From NCBI RefSeq assembly GCF_006345805.1, contig NC_043011.1, positions 9,548,001-9,612,000 of the forward strand: a stretch of 64,000 bases of DNA, in the 5' to 3' direction. The notes under the pieces are model-generated. The model was not told the origin of the DNA. It was given only the letters and a program-made list of their open reading frames with translations, and searched no databases. Each line of letters opens with the position of its first letter. Positions within the stretch are counted from its first letter, which is position 1. Positions 52,010-64,000 of this stretch are shown here, in pieces. Made by a program: the position numbers and the translations under genes. The DNA comes from Octopus sinensis (lineage: Eukaryota).

Positions 52010-52761
52010 ATATCGTAAATGTATTCCTTCTCTTTAAATGCTATCTGTAAGATCTATCAAAAACTGGTAAAAGAAGTCTTACATAGAAACACTAAAAGAA
52101 TGGTTAGCTAAAGAATTGGTAAAATAATTGTTTCTGATGTTTTTATCTCACCATTCCTTTATGTTGTCGCAATAAAAGTTGGTGTAATAAAGTTTATGGT
52201 GACATTTTATGGAGATAATTTCTGTTTTATCGAACAACACTTGCCTTTTACATTGAACACACACACACACACATGCGTAACGTACATGCACATATGCCGT
52301 GAACTCATGTGCACACACACACACACACACACACGTGTGTGTGTTGTCTGTCTGTGCATACTTGAAGAGAATGGAGAAGAGAGACAAAAGAGGGGTTAAT
52401 AATGGCGCCGCCTGATGGTGCCTATGTTTGATGGAAGTATTGATAGGAATGGTTTGATGAAGAGAAGATAACAGCATCAACAAAAGATGCGAGACTAAAG
52501 AGATGGGGGGGGGCGGAATGTGGGTTGAGTTTTATAAGGAAGAAAACCGTTTCTGTAGAGTATAGTGTGTTGTGGTAAGAATGGAACTGAGACAACCCAG
52601 AACCATGACAACCCTCACTGAAATATGGCTCAGTTATTGATGATGCAATATTAGAAAATGACCAAATTATGGAAAAATATGGTCAACTGATCAGTTAGAA
52701 ATAGCAGTTAAATGCCCCTTAAAGTGCCTAACAGTCTAGTCACTTAAAAAAACATTAAGTA

Positions 52762-54350
52762 GTAGTTAGTTAGTTAGTTAGTTAGTTAATTTGGCTCAAA
52801 AGCAAACAGCAAGGCCATGTAGGGGGACATGGAGTTAAGTACAGGGTGGTGTTCATGTAAAGAGTTCAGGCCACTTGAGGTCCAGGGAGGCTTTGAACAA
52901 AGCGGTCGTCGGCATCTTTACCATCTCGTCTGGCAGCTTGATCCATGGATCCGCAACCCGGACGGAGAAAGCTCCTCTCCTTCGATTGAGATGAAATCGT
53001 CGCAGGTAGAGCTTTTCGGAATGACCCCGCAGCCGACGCTCTGGAGCAGGAGTGAAGAACAGTTCTTTCGAGAGGTTACACTTTCCGCTTATGATGTTGT
53101 GGGCGAGAATGAGATCACTACGGCAGCGGTGTTTTTCAAGAGAATAAAGGTCGAGCGTCCTCAGCCTTTCTTCGTAGGACAAATTTTTGAGACCATGAAC
53201 CATGCGGGTAGCCAGCTTCTGGACTCTTTCGAGATGCTGTATGTCTTTGAGGAGATAAGGAGAAGAGGCTTGAATCCCATACTCCAATATGGGTCTCACC
53301 AGCGTGACATAGAGTGGTAGGAATATGGCTGCTGTGAGCATTCCGAATGACCGTCGAATCAAGAACAGAATTCCGCGTGCTTTGTTGGCAGCATGGACGC
53401 ACTGGGCCGAAGGCGAAAAGGAGGAATCCACCAAGATACCTAGGTCCTTTACCTGATCGGTCCTCTCCAGCAGCAGACGACCCGGCTCGAAATCAAGTTG
53501 AGTTGCAGGAGTAGAGCCGACAGGCAGATGACAGCACTTTGACACGTTCAGACACAGGTCCCAATCGTTAGACCACTTCCAAATTTGGTGGAGGCATCGA
53601 CGAAGATCCTCTATATTACCGCGAGGAGTGACCAGTTTGATATTGTCGGCAAATAGAAGGGTGTGTTGCGTGAGGTCGTCGGGCAAGTCATTTATGAAGA
53701 CTAAGAACAACAAAGGCCCAAGCACTGAACCTTGAGGCACGCCACTGCTCGCACTGGAGACGTCGGACCGCGAACCATTAACTTGGACTTGGAAGGAGCG
53801 ATCTGAGAGGAAGGCACCAACCCATCGTACAATATTCGGATGGAAACTATATGCTTGAAGCTTGACAAGTAATAGGCGGTGGTTTACCGAGTCAAAAGCT
53901 TTGGCAAAGTCCAGTAAAACGATGTCAACAGCATCACTATCATCGAGGATGCGCGTCACCAATTCTTCCATTACTAAGTTGGTCAAGCATGATCTCTTCG
54001 GCACGAAGCCGTGTTGGGAATCAGAGATAGAGGCTGTGTTTAGGAGGTGGAGCATCATACTTTTCTTAAGGATGGTTTCGAACATCTTGCTGATTATTGA
54101 TGTAAGGGAAACCGGTCGGTAGTTAAGCGGGTCTTCGCGGCTCCCTTTCTTGAAAATTGGGCAGATTATCGCTGTTCTCCAGTCTGCAGGTATAACACCC
54201 GTCGCCAATGACATATTGAATAGTCGCGTTAAGGGCTCGCAGATGACCGGAGCCAACGCTTTGATAACCCGTGGGTGTATGCCGTCAGGGCCGTGACCCT
54301 TGTTGACATCGAGGCCTTGAATAACACGTTTGACTTCGTCCCGCGTGAGT
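52762..54350 (-). mobile_element. 5'-truncated CR1-clade LINE, reverse transcriptase region of ORF2 (about 500 open codons), short 3' UTR and (TAAC)n tail
   Basis: Motifs GPDGIHPRV, NYRPVSLTS, QHGF, DFAKAFDSV, GVPQGSVLGPLLFLVFIND, FADN and KDLG. TGA stop at 52855-52853 and microsatellite tail at about 52764-52788. Confidence 0.95.
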
Positions 54351-54519
54351 AGTCTTAAATGAAATGTGAAAATAAGAAAGGGTGGCCATAGATGGAATTG
54401 ATAAGTCAGGGTTGACCTAGGGTTAAACAACAACAAAGTAACCAGCTCTAGTTGCAACAGTTGTAGGTTCTGTCCCTCCTCACAGCCTGCAACTGTTGTT
54501 AGAGTTACTTTTGTGTAAC

Positions 54520-54670
54520 ATGGTGGCGGCGGCGGTGGTGGTGGTGGTGGTGGTGGTGGTGGTGGTGGTGGTGGTTGTGGTGGTGGTGGTGGTGTGGTGG
54601 TGGTGGTGGTGATGGTGGTCGTGGTGGTCGTGGTGGTGGTTGTGGTAGTGGTGGTGGTAGTGGTGGTGGG
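54520..54670. repeat. (GGT)n/(GGC)n tract
   Basis: Direct reading. It accounts for the poly-T/P stretch of track ORF 52853..54886. Confidence 0.9.
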
Positions 54671-54819
54671 GTAAAAGAGTGGAAGAAAGATTAAAGAAGA
54701 GAGAGAAGAGTTTATTATCCAGTAAATTGCTGGTGAGGAGGGAGGGAGGGGGATGCTATTTTTGAATGGAGAGGGGGTGGTTGAGGCGTGATGAGAGAGG
54801 TAGGGATGATGATGCTGAC

Positions 54820-54850
<31 letters not shown>

Positions 54851-57800
54851 GCAGCAGCAGCAGCAGCCAGCACAAGAGGATTGCAAGAAACTCTAAGCAA
54901 AACGTTCCAGATAGCAAACTGTGACATAGTGAGGTTAGTGGAGGGCAACGACTGTTGTTGAGAGTCAGAGACAAAGATGATGAGGGTGGGGAAGAAGATG
55001 AAAGACAATGGTACTACTTCTTACAGATGGCTAATTATGTAATTAATTGGAGAAATAGAGTGGGTCTGTAATTAACTGTAATAATATACTAAAAGTTGTA
55101 TGAACACAATCTGTTGTTGAGGTGAACACAGAAAGCAATTAGTGCCATCATCACAGATAACTCTACATAGTCATTCAATTTGCTAGAAGTAGCAGCCAAA
55201 CCTTCCTCTATCCGTTTATAAAGGATAGACACACAGACTACGTATGTGTGTGTGTGTGTGTGTGTGTGTCCAGAGTTTTTTTTTAACTAATACTTGTATG
55301 CAATTGTTTATAGCTTTTTCTATTTCGAGTTCCACTCTTCAAATCAACTGTCGCTGTTTTAACATCCACTTTTCCCTACCAACATGGATCACACAATTCA
55401 CTGAGGCATATTCTCTACAGTTGGATGCTCTTCCGGTCACCAACCTTTTGTCGTCTCCCTAGAGGGTAATGTTTCACCAAATGCTTGGAACACAAACGGC
55501 ATATTGGCCAGCATCGATTCTCTCAGAGCCGGCCCACTGCTAAACACCTTCATCATTATGCTCACCCTCATAACTAACGCTCGTACAACATGTGTCCATT
55601 GACAGCAATAATGAAATATCAGCAGGTATTTTAATTAATTTTAATTGTAATATAATTGTAGAGAGAATGTAGCTGAATAAAAGATGGGAAGGTCATGGCT
55701 AGAGGGATCTGGTCTTCGGTTTACCCAATCAGGACTGACCAAGGGCTAAACAGCGACTCCACAGAATTATGCTAGTTTTTGTGAAAGGGAACCCTTCAAT
55801 AGTTTCTAAGTCATTAACATTTAATCAATTTGAATGATATTTTGTAGTGTCTAATTTGAGGGTAAACTACCTGTGCTAGGTGTGGCAGGGTTTGATGTAG
55901 TTTGAACTTTTAGAGGTCAACATGTTTAGGTGAAGATTGGCCAAAATTCATTACTACTACCACCAACACACTACAACAACCACCACCACCAACACACATT
56001 CTTCCCTCTACTATTTTTAATGTTACTAGTTCTGCCATCTTCCTTCCCACAGTTTGCAGATTAAAGCTTGAAATGTCTTTCTCTGTCATTGATACATTGA
56101 CATTAGGACATTACTGCTTCATAGTTTGAATAGAAGGGTTCCTAGTTCAAGCCCACTATGTCCCCATATCCTAGAATAAGACACTAGACGATGATGACTG
56201 AACTGGTTAAAACAGAATGTGTCCCCAAAATAGGCAGCAAATTAACAGGAATTAGAGAGAACACCTTGTGATATTCGTTCTGACCCATTATAATTTGAGT
56301 TCAAATCCTAGCAAAGCAAATTTTGTCTTTTTGTCATTTCAAAGTCAATAAACAAAGTAAGTGGAGAGGGATTGACCAAACAGCTATCTAGTATCTGCTC
56401 CTTGTGTTTGCATTCTGAGTTCAAATTCTACCTGGGTACCTGTGGCCAGGAAGCAGCACCCTAGAATTGTAGGTCTAGAAGCAGGAATAGAATAGTGAGA
56501 CTTTACATTCAGCAGTGGATTGATAATGGTCGGAAAGGAATGTACGCACAGTATAACGCGCACACACACACACACACACACGCCTGCATGCATGCACACA
56601 CACACCACACACACACACACACGTGCACGCACGCTATTATTGAAAGGTGTAAACCCGCGTATATGACTGGTATACTTGTTGTTTGCTGATAGAAATCTTG
56701 TAAATATCCACCTCAACAATGGAATAGTTTGGACAAAGATAATCTTTGTCAGATCGTTAAGCATGTTAGCTACTTCTCTCTCACTATGACTACTACCACC
56801 TACAGCACCCCCCACCCCGCAGCAGCCACCACCATCCCGCAGCAGCCACCACCACCACCACCACCATCGTCATCGTCAGGTGTGAACCTTCCAGATATTC
56901 ACCTTGTATCTACTGTTTCTATCTAAACAATGGAGGTTGCAATGAGAGCAATGATGATTAAGAACATGAGGATGACAATGATGGTAATTGCAGTGGTGTA
57001 GCCAAACAAGAAATCAATATGTAGTCAATATTGATCTCTATCTGTCATAGCACAAGATCAATATTTACAGAAAAATAGTGTAGCTAATGGTATTGTCTGA
57101 AACCCAGGAAACAGTAAAGGAATTTCAACTCTCAGACCAAAATTGGTAACAGAACTTGGCTGTTCTAAGAAGCAGAATTCAACAATATTCTTGGACCTGT
57201 TCTGTTGGAACTTGGATGGCTAAGCCTACTCTCACTGTGTCTTGTATGTTCCAGAAATGTGGTCCTAGCTGGATTTGAACTGTGAACAGAAGTGATTGAA
57301 GCAGGCAATCTATAATCTCAACCTTTTCACTTCAGTACCTAAATTACTTTCTACAAAGAATTAAATAAACATACTTTACCTTAGAGAAGTTGGTTTGATC
57401 AATTCTAGGCCTGAATATATATAACTGGTACTGATTTCTGGAGTATTGACAGCAAAGTTTGTCTCAATAGGATTTGTAATGAAGAATCAATCTGGATACT
57501 TTAACCAATGAAGGCACCTCTATGGTACAGAAATAACAACTAACTCTCTCTCAAAACACTTCTAATTTTCTTAGAAAGGAAGGACACATCAGACAATGTA
57601 GTCCTAAGTCAATGACTCTGAACCATTTTTCCTGTATGCCCATCATTTACCTTTCACTGTCCTCACTTCATAAAAACTACTCTTGTATACAACACAATTG
57701 TATAACATTAAAGACTTTTACATTAAAAGTATTCCACATAAATGTCACAGAGTCCTCAACTGCAAACAGCTGTGATTACTGTTTGGGGCTGAATAACAAA

Positions 57801-58149
57801 GCACTCTTCTGTGTGAGAAACAAAGTTTAGTTTCATTTTAGGAAGTTTCCAGTTTGTTTATTTTCACTGAATGAACTTCTTTAGATTTTTCTTCCTTCTA
57901 TTTTCAGGAATCATGGCAGTTAATTCTTCAAGTAGTAAGTTAGACATCGGTGATATTATTTACTAATTATTAATCATTTATTAACAATTTAATTAGAGAA
58001 AGAGAGATTGGACTTGAAGGAAATAAGTGGAAAATTGTGGACCCTTCATAGAGCTTTGAACTTAGAAGCAAAGCCAGTTGTGTATTTTCTTCAACTTTTT
58101 CCTGAAGAAATTTTTTGTCAGTATGAAAGACAAGACGATGAGGTATTCA

Positions 58150-59375
58150 CATTAACAGAGCAACAACGCCTTCATTACATCAACAGACCGAACCTGTGGT
58201 TGGTGCAAAGTTCCAACTCGACCCAGGGTGACATGTTGGTGGAATGATGTCGTAGACAAGACCATTAGAATAAAGAAATAGGCTTGGAAAGACTGGAAGA
58301 GTGGTGGTAGCAGAGAACTATATCAGGTAGCTATCGGGGAGGCTAGAAGACAGGTGTACTTAGCCAGGGAAGAAGCAGAAAGGAGGAAGTCTGTCAATGT
58401 TATGCAATGTGAGGAGAAGAGGAGGCTTGATGTGTTTCAAACTGCAAGGCAGTTTGTCTGAGAAAATTGTGATGTCAGAGGAGAGAAATGCATTCACACA
58501 GATGATGGCTGACAGTGATTCTGCAAAGGAGGAGGCTTGGAAGTGCCACTATGAAAGGTTGATAAAAGTAGAAAAATGCATGGGAGAAGGAGAGCCTGCC
58601 TAATGTGAACCCAACAGAGGGACCAGCTAACGTATTGATATGTAGGAGAACAGACATATCACAGATCCCTTCAGGGAGATGGTCCTGCTCAATATGTAGA
58701 AGAATTGTTGGCAGAAACTCCATACGTTGTACCCAGTGCAAGCTATGGACACATAAGAGGTGCAGCAATATTAGAGGAGGGTTAACAGAGAAAGTAGTCT
58801 TTACATGTGGCAGATGTGCAGGTACCCTAAATACCAGGAATGTACATAAAATAGACTCCCTCAACTACTTCAGGGGGTGGGGGATCCTTAGAAGTAGTAG
58901 ACAGTTTCCATTATTTAGGTGACCAAGTTAGTAGTGAGGGAGATTGTTCTGAAAGCATAGCTGCTAGAATAAGAATAGGCTGGGTGAAGTTCAGAGAGCT
59001 ACTGCCTCTGTTAGTAACAAAGGGCCTCTCCCTTAGTGTGAAAGGCAAATTGCATGATGCCGGTATACATACAGCTGGGTATATGGGGCAACAAGTGTAG
59101 TGTGCAAGAGAGAGAAAACTGTGCTGGTACGGCCATGTAATGTGAATGAATGAAGACATGCATGAAGAGGTGCAGATCTCTAATTGTAGAGGAACCATAT
59201 GGATGGGGTAGACCCAAGAAGACATGGGACAAAGTGGTGAGAAAGGATCTACAGATGCTGTAGAAAGCATGGAGCCCAGACACGGAGCCCAGGCAGCAGC
59301 TCTTCAGCTGACCCCCTCCAGTCAAACTGACCAACCCATGCCAGCATGAAAAATGGACGTTAAATGATGATGGTG
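58150..59375 (+). mobile_element. Internally deleted RTE-clade LINE carrying a Cys-rich PHD-like segment
   Basis: WWNDVVDK..AWKDWKSGGSRELYQVA, AWKCHYERL..PNVNPTEGPA, CSICRRIVGRNSIRCTQCKLWTHKRC..CGRC, YLGDQVSS..RIRIGWVKFRELLPLL, GRPKKTWDKVVRKDL. Confidence 0.85.
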
Positions 59376-60392
59376 AATGATTTTATTCATGGAAGTTGTG
59401 CAGTGTCCAAGTTAGAGAAAGTGAAGTATAAATTCAGCTCTGAGACAAGAAATCCATTCCCAGAAATCAATAAACATTTAAAAACATCTACCTATAATCA
59501 ACTTACCAGTATTCACCCTGCCTGGCCAGGTGAAAATGATTTGACAACAAGTAAAAACCACAATCACAATCCAAGCAATACTTTTATTTTTATTCAGGAC
59601 AGTGTATATTTGCTCAAAATCTCTAGGATTGGGACGTTCATAGAGAGAAGGCACTGCAGGACTTTAAAAGGTGAATGTCCTTCAAATCAACAGAAAAAAA
59701 AATCTACCAAAAATAGGGACAACAAGAATGAAGAATTTTTCAATAAATCCATTTCCCCTCTGGAATCATCAAATTTATTCCAGATTAGATATTACAACTT
59801 TCAATATATTGTCTGCATACAAGACAGGGTGGTCATATCTAGATCATCATAGATCTGCTAAATCAAAATTGATCTGCAGTACAACAACAACAACACTAGA
59901 CACTGACTGTAACTGAATAAAAGATGGAATGGTCATGAGTGGAATAAGCTTGATCATAGGTTTGCTGTATCAGGACTGACCTCAGGTTAAAGAGCACTAT
60001 TATACTACATGTAGTTTATCAAGAACAATAGTCCGTTTAAGTAGAAGATAGGATGGTCACTTCTGGAACGTCTTTAATCTGTTGACCTCAGTGTTAACCT
60101 ATGGCCAGAAAAACATCAATCTCTTCCAGCTTTTTACACTCCTAATTAGTCTCAATTATGTCCTAAGACACCAAGCCACATAAGCCTGGAAGGATTAATC
60201 CCAGTATGTGACTGGTACTAATTTTCTCATTCTCCAAAATGGAAGAAAATGAAAGTAGGTCTAAGTAGAAACGGAACTCAGAATGCTGGGCTGACAAACA
60301 TTGGCAATTAAAGAGACACGAAAAGTTCTCGTCCTTTGTAAGAATCGACTGGAAGTTTCCAAAGTGAAAATAGCAACGAAATAGTTACTTAC

Positions 60393-60479
60393 ATCTCTGG
60401 TTTGACTAACAGCGTCAGACGTTGGCGATGGGGTAATGCTTCCAGGTTGAAAATTTTGACTGTTGATTCGGTCATACAA
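60393..60479 (-). CDS. CASK: CASK coding exon (end of L27N, linker, start of L27C): LYDRINSQNFQPGSITPSPTSDAVSQTRD
   Basis: Minus strand: acceptor tttttgttggtttattttcag, 87-nt open phase 0-0 exon, donor GAT|gtaagt. The peptide matches recalled human CASK [26 protein letters not shown] at both ends. It is embedded in track ORF 60261..60533. Confidence 0.92.
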
Positions 60480-61031
60480 CTGAAAATAAACCAACAAAAA
60501 CAAATTTGTAATTTTTCCATTTTTAACAATCATTTGGTGTCTTTATTACATAAGGAGAAAAATTAAAAAGAACAAGTAAATTAATGGCACGGACCTTTTA
60601 TAATTATTATCAACCCAACTATTTTTTAAACACACACAAAAAGTAAAAGAATATTTGGAGAAAAAAAAATTCATCAAAAAAAAATTAAATAAAAGTAAAA
60701 GTAAGATAGAAAAAGAAGTAACTTCTATTTTGGTAGCTTGATTGGAATTATTGTGATAAAAATAAAATTTGATCAAATGGTATTTTTAAGTCCAGATGCT
60801 AAAGTTATAATTGAACAGGAACAAACCTTTAATTTCTATTTCTATTAAAGTTTTCATGATGATAACAATTATCATCATCATCATCATCATTATCATCACT
60901 GTGAAAAAATGACACGGAGGAAATAACTTTGATGTTGAGTTGAAAGACAGAAGACGAAGTAGAGGAATGCTTGGTTTTTTTTTGTTAATTTGTTTTTAAT
61001 GTGCATCTAAATAAATTACACTGTCTGTGGA

Positions 61032-61105
<74 letters not shown>

Positions 61106-61579
61106 GTTTAGGTATATGGTTATGTAAAAGAAAAACTTAAATTCTTTTAATTTTAGAAATAATTCTGTCAGAAACAGAAAGTAAAAAAAAACAAACTAGA
61201 AAAGTCATATAAACAGTGCCTGGTTTTAGTAATTTCTGAGATGGCGGAGGGGAAGAACTAACAAGAATGGAGGAGAGAGTGAGAAAGAATTGAAGACGAA
61301 GAGAATTAATAAGAGAGGAAGAGAGAGAGAGAGAAAATAATTTTTGCTCGAAAGATTTCTCCAGAAGGTAAAAGCAGCCATTGTTGTTAAATACATCTGT
61401 CAAAGATTATAGGAAAAAGTTTTTTTTGTATAAGTGCTCACTATGTTTCAAGTCCATACTTGCATGTGTGTGTGTGTGTGTGTGGAGTTTCCATATATTG
61501 AACTATTTCTGTGTTTAACAGTCTTACCAAATGCAATGGGATCGTTGAAATCAAAATATAAAGCTATTACTATCATTTA

Positions 61580-62024
61580 TCTTTAGTGCAATGAGCTGGC
61601 AGAGTCAGAACGTTTGGTGAAGTGACATGCAATATTTCTCCTAGCCCCTTACATTCTGGTTTCAAATCCCACCAAGGTCAACAGGTTTTCATCTGTTCAG
61701 GGTCATTATAGTAAAGTACCAGTGAAGTACTGGAGTTGATGGCATCCTCTAACCCTCTCTTCAAACTGTTGGCCTTGTGCTGTCATCAGAATACTTATTA
61801 GCTTGGCTTTGCTTGCCATAGACAAAGTCTATGGAGCCAATCGTTAGCAAAGTGCATTGTGCCATTTCAATCATCTTTACATTCTGAGTTCAAATTCTGC
61901 TGAGTTTGATTTTACCTTTCATCCCTCTAGGATCAATAAAATAAGCATCACTTGAACACCAAAATCAATCTAAGTGACTCAGCAACACCCCTGAAATTGC
62001 TGGCCTTGTGCCAAAATTTAAAAC

Positions 62025-62071
<47 letters not shown>

Positions 62072-62598
62072 GTTTGATTTTTGCTTTACATTTGCACAAG
62101 CTGGCTCCAGGTCTCACCCAGAGACCTCAAGAGACAACAAATTGGAAGTTCATGTTGGTGTTATGCCTAGGGTCCCTATATATTTGGTTTTGTACTTAGT
62201 GTTGTACTAGTGAATGCCTAAAGAACAATACGAAAATTATGTTTGTTTTAAAACTTGAGATTACATAGAAAGTATTTTGCATAGGATATGAGCAGTTCCC
62301 ATGAGCACTATCTTTTGAATTTCTGCCATTTTTGGGTTTCCTGATATCTGAGTTAGTTAACAATCAGCCCCTTTTGCTAACATTCCCAGGGCACCGACAG
62401 GTTTGGTAGTCTTATCAGCCTTAAGGTTTTTCAAACATTCAGTGTCAGACCTAAGTAGTTTAATTTGATGTTGGATACGCTCTTGCCAAGAAGGCTTTTT
62501 GTGGGAATGTTGCCATTTTCTAATCTTTTCACCACATAGAATCATTGAGATTTTTGCCAGCAATAATAATGATATTATTATTATTATTATTATTATTA

Positions 62599-62643
<45 letters not shown>

Positions 62644-63160
62644 TATTATTATTAATATAGCAATCTGGCAGAATTGTTAGCATGCTGGGCAAAATGCTTA
62701 GAGGCATTTAATCTGTCAAGTTCTGAGTTCAAATTCCATTGAGGTTGATTTTGCCTTTCATCCTTTCATAGTCAATGAAATAAGTACCAGTTACACACTG
62801 GGGCCAATGTAGTCAACTAGCCCCCTCTCCTAAAACGTCAGGCCTTGTACTTTATAGAGAGGATTATTATTATTATCATTATTATTATTATTATTAAAGG
62901 CATAGAGCTGGCAAAACTGTTATCATGCGAAACAAAATGCCTAGTTCCAATTCCACCAAGTTTGGCTTTTGTTCAATTTGACCAAAATATAGTGAATTCT
63001 TGTAATGATATTCATTTTGGGTATTTAATCCAGTTGTTTAGGATCTGGGTTCAAAGTCTAGCAAGGAGAACTTTATCATCCATCTTTTTAAGGTCAAGGA
63101 AATAAAGCATGAGACATCTACTAGAGACCAATCTAAGTTAACTAATCCCCCTCCCCTCTA
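61580..63160 (+). mobile_element. Cluster of Nin/Deu-like SINE copies around the Dong derivative and long (TAA)n tracts
   Basis: Cores near 61680, 61910, 62750 and 63070. Confidence 0.7.
62026..62570 (-). mobile_element. R4/Dong-like internally deleted derivative with (TAA)n tail
   Basis: The reverse strand reads KPSWQERIQHQIKLLRSD directly followed by PVGALGMLAKG..ISGNPKMAEIQKIVLMGTAHIL, then a UTR and (TAA)n. Confidence 0.6.
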
Positions 63161-63670
63161 ACCTGAGGCTGAAACGAACATCATCATCATCATCATTATC
63201 GTCACAGGAGTTTAGTGAACTGAAGAATAGATAGCAGTTAGTGAAGTCAGGTTCAAATTACACCAAGTATATTTATGAAATCATGAATGAATTTTTAACT
63301 AAGTCAGCTGCTCATTACTGTTTTCAACTGGAATGGAAGCAAAATGCAAATGCATTGACAACATGGCTGCGGCTGCTGCTTGTATAATTTCGATGCTAAT
63401 GTGGAGGTGGTTGTTGTTGTTGTTGTTGTTGAAGAATTTTATTTTGGTTTCAGGAAATTGAAGAAGTAAATAAAATGTTTGACTCTTGATTTCAGCATTG
63501 CTAAAAGTGGAACATGTTTTACTTGCATAAAACTGATTGTGAATATGTGTGGCTGTTTGCTGTTTTGAGAGAGATGAAACAGTGTAGCCATACACGGAAT
63601 GGATGGAGCTGTGTGAGTCTACTGATGAGGATGTGCAGATTGTGTGTGTAGTTGCTTGTTAGCATCATAC

Positions 63671-63802
<132 letters not shown>

Positions 63803-64000
63803 CACACACACACACACAAGCATGCACATGTGTATGTAATAGATTATGGATGAGTATCTATAATACATCTATGCATTTGTATGCATTAATATACATGAAT
63901 ACATACACACATATCCAGAAATATAAACATCACACATTTGCAGTTATTTATAATGGCATAAAAAAAGCAACAATATAACTGCATAAATGCACTCAAACAC

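Larger units (their letters stand above)
42464..60392 (-). other. CASK: CASK intron (about 17.9 kb) between the two identified L27 exons
   Basis: GT-AG ends at 60392 and 42464. The flanking exons join in frame to give a contiguous CASK-like sequence. Confidence 0.85.

Noticed and set aside
54351-54886. N-terminal 180 aa of the 677-aa track ORF (poly-C/W/T/P)
   Set aside because: Read-through of (GGT)n, (CAG)n and (CAA)n microsatellites and flanking DNA upstream of the 5'-truncated CR1; not a real protein domain.

Overview
AT-rich, microsatellite- and retroposon-dense animal genomic DNA. The SINE, RTE, Dong and Penelope complement and the (TA)n/(CA)n load look like an Octopus-type cephalopod genome (inference from recognised repeat families; no search was run). 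The window appears to lie entirely inside a minus-strand CASK (lin-2/Camguk MAGUK) gene. Two 87-nt phase-0 exons were found by reading splice sites: 60479-60393 (LYDRINSQNFQPGSITPSPTSDAVSQTRD) and 42463-42377 (ILDALSDYSDTCANESDELKSLLTKPHVQ). They align, boundary for boundary as I recall it, with the CASK segment spanning the end of L27N, the linker and L27C. The expected next exon (ALLQxHDV...) was not found in the remaining 42 kb. That giant intron instead holds several minus-strand exon-like units with strong GTAAG donors, three of them ATG-initiated and in phase 0. The best is 4915-4787, a 43-aa N-terminus ending WKIRKKKKE. These would make CASK-alpha/p55(MPP1)-like short isoforms lacking the CaMK domain and most of the L27 region. 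Other highlights: a roughly 160-bp-arm near-perfect palindrome centred on what looks like stem II of a Penelope-type minimal hammerhead ribozyme, a second adjacent 54-bp-arm hairpin, a young CR1 LINE with an open but FADN-mutated RT, and TF-motif-dense intronic patches. Nearly all ORFs in the supplied track are microsatellite or TE artefacts. TE and SINE boundaries are approximate.
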